Of a stretch of DNA of 64,000 bases, positions 19,931 through 28,659 are shown piece by piece. The stretch is taken from positions 1 through 64,000 of the forward strand of contig JBFIHX010000013.1 of assembly GCA_041601615.1 (NCBI GenBank), given 5' to 3'. The notes below the pieces were generated by a model that searched no databases, had not been told where the DNA came from, and was given only the letters and a program-made list of their open reading frames with translations. Both the position numbers and the translations under genes were made by a program. Source of the DNA: Thermoplasmatota archaeon. Lineage in GTDB: Archaea; Thermoplasmatota; E2; JACPAO01; JAHFTW01. Each line of letters begins with the position of its first letter. Within the stretch, counting starts at the first letter, position 1.

Positions 19931-21592
19931 TTAGGAACGACGGGATCCGCTGCCGTTGCGACCTTGGCCACCTTGGCTGCGACCGCCGCCGCCATTGCGA
20001 CCGCCGCCACCGTGGCTTCGACCGCCGCTTCGGTTGCCGCTCGGGCCACCACTTTGGGCCCGGCCGCCAGAATGCCCACGACCGCCGCTAGGACCGCCGC
20101 CGCCGTAGCTGCTGCGCCCGCCACCGTCGCCGCCTCCTCCATAGCTGCTGTGACCGCCGCCACCATCGGCACTGCCGTAGCTGCTGTGGCCGCCGCTGGA
20201 ACCGCCCCCGTAGCCGCCGCTCTGGCCGCCACTGGTGCGAGGTCCGCGACTCTGGCCACCGTGACGCGATTGACCGCCGCCGCTGCTAGGTCGGCTGTCA
20301 CCGCCGCCATGGCCTCCGCCGTGCCCTCCTGCGTGTCCGCCGCCGTGTCCGCCGCCACTGGAGCGACCCTGGTTCCGGCGTTGACCTTGTCCACCCGAGC
20401 GCGGGCTCCAACCGGAAGTGTTGGCGACCTTCATGTCAGGCACTTGCGCCGCCTTGTCGGGTCCACGAGGGGACTCTTCCGGGGCATTGAATTGAATATC
20501 ATCGAGGCGACGACCGGCGAATTTCTCGATGATTCGCAGATCCTTGTGCTCGTCGCTCTGGACAAACGTGTACGCTTTGCCGTCGGCACCATTGCGGGCA
20601 GTGCGACCAACACGGTGCACGTACTGCTCAGGGTCCGGCAAGTCAAAGTTGACGACGTGCGTGATGCCAGGAACGTCCAGGCCCCGCGCCGCCACGTCAG
20701 TCGCCACAAGCACACGGGCCTTGCCGCCACGGTAGTCTTCCATGGCGCGCTCCCGTTGGCCCTGGCTCATGTTGCCTTGCAGAGCCACACTGCTCCAGCC
20801 GTGGCTGTCAAGCTTCTTCGAGAGACGCTTGGCCAAGTGCTTGGTGCGCGTAAACACAACAGCCCGAGCAGGTTGCTCCTCGTGCAGCAAGTGCAGGAGA
20901 ACCTTCTGCTTCTCGGTCTTCTCAACCTTGGAAACGAATTGCTCCGCCTTCGGAATCGTCGCCTCGCCATCCTCCACTCGGATGTTGACCGCGTCCACGG
21001 TGAACTCCTTGATGAGCTTGCGAACGTCGTCCGGGATTGTTGCCGAAAACAACGCCGTCTGGAGGTCGCGGGTGTTGAGCATGGAACGAACCTTGCGCAT
21101 ATCACGCACGAAACCCATGTCCAACATACGGTCCGCCTCATCCAAGACCCAGAAACCGACCTTCTCCAAGTGCAGCGTGCCACGGTCCAAGTGATCCAGC
21201 AAGCGCCCAGGGGTGGCAACGACAATCTTCGCGCCGCGACGGCCGAGGTCACTGTTTTGCTTTCCAAAGCCAGCACCACCATACACCGTAACGATGTTGA
21301 GTTTGCTCGCCTTGGCAATCTCCGTAAGCACTTCGGCAACTTGGATGGCCAACTCACGCGTCGGCACCAAAACCAAGCCAAGCACACCGTCGTGCTCGCC
21401 GCGGTACCGGTTCACAAGCGGAATGCCAAACGCCGCCGTCTTCCCCGTACCCGTGCGAGCCTGGCCCACCACGTCGCGGCCCGAAAGCAGCGGCGAAATC
21501 GCCTGCTCTTGAATCGGCGTCGGCTCCTCGTAGCCCATAGCCACGATGGCGTCCAACGTACCGTCTTCGATCTCGAATTCACTGAATAGCAT
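19931..21592 (-). CDS. DEAD-box RNA helicase with Gly-rich tail
   Basis: PTPIQ, TGTGKT, PTRELA, TPGR, DEAD, SAT, ARGLD and HRVGRTAR motifs. Confidence 0.97.
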   Translation of the reverse strand: MLFSEFEIEDGTLDAIVAMGYEEPTPIQEQAISPLLSGRDVVGQARTGTGKTAAFGIPLVNRYRGEHDGVLGLVLVPTRELAIQVAEVLTEIAKASKLNIVTVYGGAGFGKQNSDLGRRGAKIVVATPGRLLDHLDRGTLHLEKVGFWVLDEADRMLDMGFVRDMRKVRSMLNTRDLQTALFSATIPDDVRKLIKEFTVDAVNIRVEDGEATIPKAEQFVSKVEKTEKQKVLLHLLHEEQPARAVVFTRTKHLAKRLSKKLDSHGWSSVALQGNMSQGQRERAMEDYRGGKARVLVATDVAARGLDVPGITHVVNFDLPDPEQYVHRVGRTARNGADGKAYTFVQSDEHKDLRIIEKFAGRRLDDIQFNAPEESPRGPDKAAQVPDMKVANTSGWSPRSGGQGQRRNQGRSSGGGHGGGHAGGHGGGHGGGDSRPSSGGGQSRHGGQSRGPRTSGGQSGGYGGGSSGGHSSYGSADGGGGHSSYGGGGDGGGRSSYGGGGPSGGRGHSGGRAQSGGPSGNRSGGRSHGGGGRNGGGGRSQGGQGRNGSGSRRS

Positions 21593-21850
21593 TGTATTTC
21601 CTCTGCCGGACCGTGTCGCCCAGGCCCGCCCAAAGGACGCAAGACGGACAGCGCGTGGGGCGACCTGTCCGTGGAATGCCAGTACTGGCTACGCTCCCCC
21701 TCGACGGCATCATACATAACCATTGCTGTCAAGCAATCGGGGCACGTAGCTGCAATCTCACCACACGCCCGCAGCCCCGCTACCGAGGTCTTCATAAGGG
21801 GGGCCCGTGTCGCCCAAAATACCGCGCTTGTGTAAGTGCGTCCACCACCT

Positions 21851-21925
21851 AGCGGGGTGGGGTAGCCAGGAGATCCCGGCGGGCTCATAACCCGCAGATC
21901 GATAGTTCAAATCTATCCCCCGCTA
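21851..21925 (+). tRNA. Initiator tRNA-Met (CAT)
   Basis: AGCGGGG/CCCCGCT acceptor stem with A1-U72; GCGGG-CTCATAA-CCCGC anticodon arm; GTTCAAAT T-loop; no encoded CCA. Confidence 0.95.
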
Positions 21926-22004
21926 TAACTTATCCAGCGCCGCTATGAAGGAACGGCGCCGGCTAAATAATATCTCACGGTGGGATGTTAGTCCGACCAA
22001 AAAA

Positions 22005-23159
22005 TCACATGGTTTGGCTTATTCGTGGGTTTTCTACGATTTCGGGAGGCCGCATGTTCGCCACGACTTGGTCCAGCTGCGTCCGGGTCAGAAGCCCTTG
22101 CTGGAATTTCCAGTAGGCTTGGCCCAAGCGGTTCCACGGGTTCGACTCTTCCGGCATGGCGCCAGGAAGTAGGTGCCGGGCTCGGATGCGATCCGTTACG
22201 TCCGGCTGCGCGTAGTGCTGCTGGAAGATCTTCATGGTCACTCCAAGCTGCTCTGCGGCGATGTGCTGATTGTCGGCACCGATGCGCTTTCCAACGCTCT
22301 TGCGAGCGGTGTGGGTCGCCACGGGCTTGTCGATTCCGGCCATGGCGGCGCACTTTCGGAGGTTGGTGTAGATCCAGGTGTACGTCACCACGCTTCCTCT
22401 TGGGCCCACGCACACGGGCGTTTCTGGGCCCTTGAACTGTGGCGTGGAGGCCAGGAAGGCTACGTAGGAGCGAAGCGCCTCCGCTGCGGCGTCGGTAAGG
22501 ACGGCCTCGTGCTCAGGCTTGTTCTTCATGTGCTTGAACACCACCGTCTTCTTGTGCCAGTCGATGTGCTGGACCTGGAACTTCGGCGTCAGGAGGCTCC
22601 CGATGCGTGCCCCAAGGCACTCAATGACCCCAAGGTACATGCGGAAAATCTCGCGGTAGTGCTCCACTTGGAACCGCATCTGCGGCACCACGGAGCGCAT
22701 GGCCTCGAAGTCTTCACAGGTCAACGTCGGGGTCTCCTTGGGCGTTTGCTGGATGGTTCTCATTTTCAGATTCATGTCGTTTCGTTGCGGCTTGTCCCCG
22801 AAGACGACGTTCAGCATCGCGTTCCATTGCGTAATGTCATGGGCGGCGTAATTTCGAGAAATCACGCCGTCCTTGATCAGTTGGTCAAGGTACTGGCGGT
22901 ATGCGGATACATCATCTGGCGTAATCGAACCCAGGTCCTTGCCGCGTTGCTGGAAATCTGTCAGGATGCGGCGCAAGTCCGCTTCCTTCTGACGGGCCGT
23001 AACGTCCCGCAACTCGACGCGATCCCGATGGATCTTGACGAGTCGCTTGGCAGCCTCCGCTGGGGAAACCCCTGCAAAGTCCGCCAGGAAAATCTGTTGC
23101 GGCACCGACTCCACGATCGGCGTAAAGGACCCAAAGCTCGGACGCTTCGGGGGCGTCAT
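22005..23159 (-). CDS. int: Tyrosine recombinase / integrase
   Basis: GARIGSL (R), HMKNK (K), HTARK (HxxR) and QHYA (Y); ends about 80 bp from the tRNA. Confidence 0.9.
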   Translation of the reverse strand: MTPPKRPSFGSFTPIVESVPQQIFLADFAGVSPAEAAKRLVKIHRDRVELRDVTARQKEADLRRILTDFQQRGKDLGSITPDDVSAYRQYLDQLIKDGVISRNYAAHDITQWNAMLNVVFGDKPQRNDMNLKMRTIQQTPKETPTLTCEDFEAMRSVVPQMRFQVEHYREIFRMYLGVIECLGARIGSLLTPKFQVQHIDWHKKTVVFKHMKNKPEHEAVLTDAAAEALRSYVAFLASTPQFKGPETPVCVGPRGSVVTYTWIYTNLRKCAAMAGIDKPVATHTARKSVGKRIGADNQHIAAEQLGVTMKIFQQHYAQPDVTDRIRARHLLPGAMPEESNPWNRLGQAYWKFQQGLLTRTQLDQVVANMRPPEIVENPRISQTM

Positions 23160-23552
23160 CTACGATGTCACCTCCTCGGCTTCGACGCTCTTGCCTACCC
23201 CTGCATGGGCGTAAACAGTTAATTCGCTGTTCAAGAGGTCAGTAAAAGCACGGTCAAATTGCCACGCTTCTACCACGGGATGCCGGTCTTGGAAACCCTG
23301 CATCCGAAGCATGCGGGCATAGTTCGCGTGGACCGCAGCCACGCCGCGCACCAAGCGGGAAAAATGTGCATCTAGTTCTCCTGTAATGCACGCGACGACC
23401 TTTGCTGAAACGGACGCACCTGTCGCCTCCCGCAGGGCACGATGGACAAAGGACCGACTGACAAGCGACGGCTGCTTACCAGGGCACATGCACCCACATA
23501 GGACAGGAGCTTCTTGTCCAGTGCTGGTTTGGTCGTCCTGGTCATATTGCAC
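23160..23552 (-). CDS. Histone-fold-like small protein
   Basis: SFVHRALREATG-ASVS-AKVV..long helix..RHPVVEAWQFDRA matches the histone alpha1-L1-alpha2-L2-alpha3 pattern; abuts the int start. Confidence 0.5.
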   Translation of the reverse strand: MQYDQDDQTSTGQEAPVLCGCMCPGKQPSLVSRSFVHRALREATGASVSAKVVACITGELDAHFSRLVRGVAAVHANYARMLRMQGFQDRHPVVEAWQFDRAFTDLLNSELTVYAHAGVGKSVEAEEVTS

Positions 23553-23676
23553 TTGCAGCTGTCCGATTACATTCCCGGGAATGGACAGACACCGAGGAGG
23601 CTTCCCCCCAGCCGACAGGAGGGTGCAAGGTCTATCAAGACACTTAGATTTGAAGTGGCTCGATTTGCGGTCGGCA

Positions 23677-23742
23677 TTGCGACGGTTGAGGAAACCCGCC
23701 GCGAGGCGAAGCGGAGCGGTCGGGTAGGCCGATTTGTTTGAT
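23677..23742 (-). other. Degenerate attC-like site (attC3)
   Basis: Minus strand ATCAAAC aaatc ggcctacccgaccgc..gcggcgggtttcc tcaacc GTCGCAA; aligns with attC2; R' core is GTC rather than GTT. Confidence 0.7.
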
Positions 23743-23806
23743 GTCCGGTGCTGCTTTCATGTTGAGATGCCGAAGATAGGGCCGCGCGCCATGAATATGC
23801 ACACTT

Positions 23807-26107
23807 TCACCAAGTGAGGGCCTCACTTGCGGGGGCGGGTTGGCGTGGTTGGACCTTCGACTCTAACGCGTTAAGGATGGCTTCAATGGCGATGCGGACC
23901 TGATGGCGGCTGATACCGTCCGGGCTGTACTTGCGAAGTACGCACCGCGTGCAGGCGTTGGGGCAGGTGCACTTGGACACCAGCTCGTGGCTCTTGGTGA
24001 GGAGTTCTTTGAGGTGAGGGGCCAGGCGCATCGACATTTGCATGCCGCCTTCGATAGCATCAAGGATGAAGATGGCTGGTTGGTCCACGTTGCGGCCGGG
24101 GCGTTCCACGTGGGTGAGGAAGTCCCGGTTGTCGGTCATAGCCTTGAGTCCACTGAACGTGTGGAGGCAGTTGGCGATGCCGTGCATTATGATATCGTGG
24201 TCCACGTCGGGGAGGCGGGCGCGATTGAACAGGCTCGGGTGGACTTCGAGCCAGAACCCGTTGGTGTGGAGGAAGTGCGGGGGGCTGCCTTCCAGGTTTA
24301 CAGTGTCGATGATGCGACCGTCTTCGTAGACAACGCCGGCGGTGTTAATGCGCGTCACGATGGCCTTGCCGGTGTTGAGGCGCAGGTCTTGATGCAAGGC
24401 CTCTTGGGCGGGGGCTTCAGGAATGCTCAGCGTGGCGAAGCCCTTGGTCCTACTCTCACGAGGCCGGGGCTCACGTTCGAGCCGCACGATGCGGCTATTG
24501 GAGTCGTGGCTCAAGACGCGGAAGCGGCGGCCTTGATTGAGGAGGATAGCGCCTGGCCAGGCTTCGGTCCAGACCTTGGATTCAGGGATGTACTCGATGA
24601 GTTCGCCGTGGGCCTTTGCGAGGTAGTCTTCGTCTCCGCCAGCCATGACGTTGACGTGGCCCTGGGGCGTGCCGGTTCGCCAGCCCTTCGTGCCTTGGCC
24701 GATGAACCGGATGCTTGTGGATCGTTCGTACAGCATGTCCTCGTCGATGAGCTCCTGCACGAGGCGCTTCGTCGTGGGGAGCATGTCGAGTTCCTGGACA
24801 CTGATAGGGTGCTCGTATGCGGCGCAAAGTAGGTGGGCTGCGTGAATCCTATCGTAGCTGGGATCGATCAGCGCCATCTCCGGATTAGCGTGCAGCAGCT
24901 CGTCGGGATGGTTTGCGAGGTAGGCATCTAAGGGTTCGTCCTGGGCGATGAAGTACACGTGTGCCGCTCGAATGCCGCGACCGGCACGACCAATCATCTG
25001 CTTGAAACTCGCGATGGTGCCGGGGAAGCCGTACACGATAACGTTGTCGATGGTGCCAATGTCAATGCCGGCTTCGAGGGCGTTGGTGCTGAACACGATG
25101 CGTCGGCGGCCCAGGTTGAGTTGACGTTCCTTGTGCCGACGATCATCGGCCGTGTAGCCGCCACGGTAGCCGTCGATGAATAGCTCGTCGCCGGCGTTGC
25201 GGGTCTCGAAATGTACTTTGTATACGGCGGTGAACTCTTCGACCAGGCGGCGGCTTGTGACGAATACGAGCGTCGTGGTTTCCTGGTCGAATAGGTGGTC
25301 CAGGAGGGGCGTGAGAACGTCTTGCTGGCCAGGGGGTGCGAGTCCTGGGTCAAGGAGATGGTAGCCCCTGGGCCCGGTGGGGGCGCCGCTCGTGGCGACG
25401 ACACGCCAGTTTGATTCGCCGGTGAGGTCCTCGGCGAATTCAGCGGGGTTCTGCACAGTGGCGGTTGCAAGAATGACCCGGGGATTGGCACCGTAGTGAT
25501 GGGAGAGGCGGAGGATGCGCCGGATGATGTTGGCGCAGTGGCTACCTTTGACTCCGCGCTGAGTGTGCGCTTCGTCAATGATTAGGTAGCGGAGGTTGCC
25601 TAGGAACCGGCGCCACTTCTTCGGGTGCCCGAGGTAGGCGTGCATTGCAATCGGGTTGCTAAGGATGATGCGACCGTACTCGCGGGCCTTGTTGCGGTGC
25701 GTCATGCCCTGGTTGTCGCCGTCGTAGACATAGAGTTGTGGTGTGAGGCCGGTGTCTTCGAACCATTCCTCAAGGGTGCTTTCTTGGTCTCGGGCGAGGG
25801 CCTTGAGCGGGTACAAGTAGAGGGCCGTGGCTTCGGGGTCTTCGAGGAGGGCTTCGAAGACGGGCGTATTGAACGCCTCGGTCTTGCCACTGCTCGTGGC
25901 GGTGGCGAGGATGAGGTTCTGGCCTTCATGGATGGCGCGAAGGGCAGCACTCTGGTGCGTGAACGGTGTCATCCCGCGGTCCTTGAGGCGTTTGGCGAGG
26001 ACAGGGTGCATGGGCTCCACGTCCAAGTTGGGCGTCATGTCACAGGCTTTGGCGTCTTCGTGGTACGTGAGTCCCGGATGTTCGACAAGGTAGTCGGGAA
26101 GATTCAT
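23807..26107 (-). CDS. YprA/MrfA/Hrq1-family SF2 helicase with DUF1998
   Basis: TSSGKT, YPLKALARDQ, DEAH, ALEAGIDIG, QMIGRAGR and C-terminal CTCPNACTRC motifs. Confidence 0.93.
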   Translation of the reverse strand: MNLPDYLVEHPGLTYHEDAKACDMTPNLDVEPMHPVLAKRLKDRGMTPFTHQSAALRAIHEGQNLILATATSSGKTEAFNTPVFEALLEDPEATALYLYPLKALARDQESTLEEWFEDTGLTPQLYVYDGDNQGMTHRNKAREYGRIILSNPIAMHAYLGHPKKWRRFLGNLRYLIIDEAHTQRGVKGSHCANIIRRILRLSHHYGANPRVILATATVQNPAEFAEDLTGESNWRVVATSGAPTGPRGYHLLDPGLAPPGQQDVLTPLLDHLFDQETTTLVFVTSRRLVEEFTAVYKVHFETRNAGDELFIDGYRGGYTADDRRHKERQLNLGRRRIVFSTNALEAGIDIGTIDNVIVYGFPGTIASFKQMIGRAGRGIRAAHVYFIAQDEPLDAYLANHPDELLHANPEMALIDPSYDRIHAAHLLCAAYEHPISVQELDMLPTTKRLVQELIDEDMLYERSTSIRFIGQGTKGWRTGTPQGHVNVMAGGDEDYLAKAHGELIEYIPESKVWTEAWPGAILLNQGRRFRVLSHDSNSRIVRLEREPRPRESRTKGFATLSIPEAPAQEALHQDLRLNTGKAIVTRINTAGVVYEDGRIIDTVNLEGSPPHFLHTNGFWLEVHPSLFNRARLPDVDHDIIMHGIANCLHTFSGLKAMTDNRDFLTHVERPGRNVDQPAIFILDAIEGGMQMSMRLAPHLKELLTKSHELVSKCTCPNACTRCVLRKYSPDGISRHQVRIAIEAILNALESKVQPRQPAPASEALTW

Positions 26108-27243
26108 GGATCGGCCTCCAGCTCGTTGCGCAGCACGGTGACGAGGCGGTACAACGCTTCTACGTTGTCTTCGACGTGCTGTACGATGCCAACGACAAGT
26201 CCGGGGTGCTGTTCCTTGCGCCAGGTCTGGTACCATTCCGTGACAGCGCCGAAGTGAACGCTAAGGTTGCGCTCGAGGCCCAAGAGTTCCCGCGCGACAT
26301 GGGCGAGGTGCTTGCTCGGCAAGTCGGGGCGGTAGCGGTCAAGGATCCGCATGACGTCGATGTTGGGGGGGTGTTCGGGGTAATCCTCGATGTGGCACTG
26401 TTCGCCGCGGGTCTCGAGGATGCTCCATTCACTACTGAAGCCAGTATAGGTCAGGACGACGTCGCTGGTGTGCACATGGCTCAGCAACCAGTCGAAGAAC
26501 GCTTCCTCGTCGCCAGCGTCCGTTAGGAACGCGGACTCCAAGAGAAGGCCTTCAGGTGCGATGCGACCGACGGTAAATGCGATGGGCATGCCGCGCAGAT
26601 TCATGCACACGCCGCTGAGAAACAAGATACGGGCGGGGTCGCGGCTCAGGGCCCAGCGCAGGGCTTCTTCGCCGCTGCGGCGACCCGTGACTTCTTCGAG
26701 CCACGGTAGGACTTCTCCCGGTCCCGCGTGCTGCAGCTTGCTGCGGGCTTGAGCCGCGTACGGAGCCACATCAGGTAAAGTGTCAAGGTCCCTCATGGTC
26801 CGGTACCCGGCTCTGCGGTATTCTACTGCGGCACGGGGACCTATGCCGCTGACGAGGTGGATCTGCTCCAGCAGCTTCTCTACCGGGTACTGGGTGAGTG
26901 CAGGGGCTTCGATGAAGCGCTGCCGGATGAGGACGCTGGTCAAGAAGTCGTCGTACTGGATTTCATGCGTGGTGCACCCAAGGGCTTCCTCGAGACTCTT
27001 GGAGCCAGTGAGTTTCCGGTACTTCGCCATGAGGGCCTTGTCGCTGGCGTCCTGGTGGTTGCCCCATTTGTTGTCGCGCAAATCCCGGACGGTCTGCTTC
27101 ACGTCGTCCGTGATACTGATACTGCTCCAAGGGTTGAAGTGCAGCACGTCACGGTCCACGATCTCGAAGGCATCCTCGGGAACGGTGCCGCTGTCCACGA
27201 GGCGTTTTGCCACATCCATACCGGCTTCTTCGCTTATGCCCAT
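26104..27243 (-). CDS. YprB/MrfB-like RNase H-fold protein with HhH motif, catalytic acids degenerate
   Basis: SGIGP HhH; ILFLSGVC, LTYTGFSSEW, LAHVARELLGLER and HVEDNV align with YprB motifs; ATGA overlap with the helicase. Confidence 0.7.
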   Translation of the reverse strand: MGISEEAGMDVAKRLVDSGTVPEDAFEIVDRDVLHFNPWSSISITDDVKQTVRDLRDNKWGNHQDASDKALMAKYRKLTGSKSLEEALGCTTHEIQYDDFLTSVLIRQRFIEAPALTQYPVEKLLEQIHLVSGIGPRAAVEYRRAGYRTMRDLDTLPDVAPYAAQARSKLQHAGPGEVLPWLEEVTGRRSGEEALRWALSRDPARILFLSGVCMNLRGMPIAFTVGRIAPEGLLLESAFLTDAGDEEAFFDWLLSHVHTSDVVLTYTGFSSEWSILETRGEQCHIEDYPEHPPNIDVMRILDRYRPDLPSKHLAHVARELLGLERNLSVHFGAVTEWYQTWRKEQHPGLVVGIVQHVEDNVEALYRLVTVLRNELEADP

Positions 27244-28652
27244 GGGTTGCGGTGCAGGATGTTGCGGATGATCGGTTCCGGTTCCGGGGCTTCTCGCTTA
27301 GGTTCCGGTTCGTCTTGGTCTTTGGGTGCGTGATTGTCCTGCTTGGCAAAGGGGTTGCTCGTGAGGCTGTGGGTCTTGACGCCGGCGTCGCGAACGCCGG
27401 GTAGGCTGCGGGCGTGTCGGAATCCGCCGCCGCTGGCGCGTACGTAGCGCCCCATGAAGTAAATGGGATTATAGATCCGGAACAAGCTGGCCAGAAACGC
27501 TGCGACTTCCGGCGTGTTGTTCGTGATGCTGCCCTGGGGCAATTCAGGGTAGACGTCAAAGAAGCGATGGAAATCCTGCAGGTTGACTTCCAAGTAGTAT
27601 GTCGTGGTGCCGGGGACCCGTTCCTCCGAAGTCTGGCAGTCGATGCCCATGTTCTGGAAGCCAATGCCGAAGGCGTGAAGCATTACGCGGTCGTGGCGAC
27701 TCCTGGTCTTTCCCACGCGGTACCATGTGTTGAACGTGGGCTTGCCGCGAACCTGGAGGAGGTGCTTGGCGATGGATTCCAGAATCTTGTCTTCGGCGTC
27801 GTGGTTGCCGGTGGCAGCATGGTCTCGCGTGGTGTTGGTCTCGGCGATGCTCTGGAGGCCTTTTCGCAGGATGAAGTTCAAGGCCTCATCCGGGCCGTCG
27901 AAAAGGTTGAAACTGCGCGTGCCGCGAGTGCCACTGACGATGAAGCGATTGGTGGGACTACTGTATTTTGCCAGGCGTGCCATGTCGGACCAGAGGAGCT
28001 TTGGATAGGCGGTGCGGTAAATCATGAGGCTGCGCTGCTTCGGGTCATCGAGGCTTTCGTCCAATTCCTCGGTGATGGCGGCACGGCCTTCTTCGACGGT
28101 CTGCAAATGGTCCTCCACGCATTCGTGGAGTAACTGGAAGCCGGGGTGTTCCGCGTACACGCGGGCAGGGACCTTCAGCCGGGTCGGAGTGCTGGACTCA
28201 GGGTACTCGCCGAACAATTTGAGCCAGGCTTGCTCGCTGAGGCTGTTACGGCTGATATAGTGGCCGTAGGTTTGGTTGGCGCTGAACAGGCTGTGTAGCA
28301 CGCCGATCGCGAAGGCGTCGTCTGCGTCCAAAGGCAGTTCACGGTCGCTGAGGACGGGAAACTCACGGAAGATCTTCTCCTCGGCGTATATTTTCAGTCG
28401 GACTTGGGCCCCACGGGGGTCCATGTACTCCGCGAAATCAACGGTGAGTCCAGTTTCGTCGAGCATGTCTACCCACTGCTCCATGAGGCCGAGGGGTTGG
28501 CCGTGGCGCAGCGGCTTGCTGGCGCATGTCGCCTTGCCAGGGACGTACCGAGCGTCCGCCCAGAGCATGCCGTTGAGATACGAGTTCGAAGTGGCGTGCG
28601 CTGGGTGGAGGCCGGCTTGCACTTGGGGACTAATACTGACGGTCTGCACCAT
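27234..28652 (-). CDS. Hypothetical protein with LAGLIDADG/DOD-like segments
   Basis: YLNGMLWADA; FQNMGIDC..TYYLEV..DFHRFFD; AFLASLF; GAGGA RBS upstream. Confidence 0.55.
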   Translation of the reverse strand: MVQTVSISPQVQAGLHPAHATSNSYLNGMLWADARYVPGKATCASKPLRHGQPLGLMEQWVDMLDETGLTVDFAEYMDPRGAQVRLKIYAEEKIFREFPVLSDRELPLDADDAFAIGVLHSLFSANQTYGHYISRNSLSEQAWLKLFGEYPESSTPTRLKVPARVYAEHPGFQLLHECVEDHLQTVEEGRAAITEELDESLDDPKQRSLMIYRTAYPKLLWSDMARLAKYSSPTNRFIVSGTRGTRSFNLFDGPDEALNFILRKGLQSIAETNTTRDHAATGNHDAEDKILESIAKHLLQVRGKPTFNTWYRVGKTRSRHDRVMLHAFGIGFQNMGIDCQTSEERVPGTTTYYLEVNLQDFHRFFDVYPELPQGSITNNTPEVAAFLASLFRIYNPIYFMGRYVRASGGGFRHARSLPGVRDAGVKTHSLTSNPFAKQDNHAPKDQDEPEPKREAPEPEPIIRNILHRNPWA

Positions 28653-28659
28653 GCAATCC

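Noticed and set aside
19793-21589. 598-aa plus-strand ORF
   Set aside because: Antisense shadow of the DEAD-box helicase.
22005-23159. Integrase as an integron integrase (IntI)
   Set aside because: It lacks IntI-like box II (LRHSFATHLL..QELLGH) and I see no IntI-specific insertion; its position beside a tRNA fits a provirus integrase. A role in cassette capture is unsupported without an HMM or an assay.
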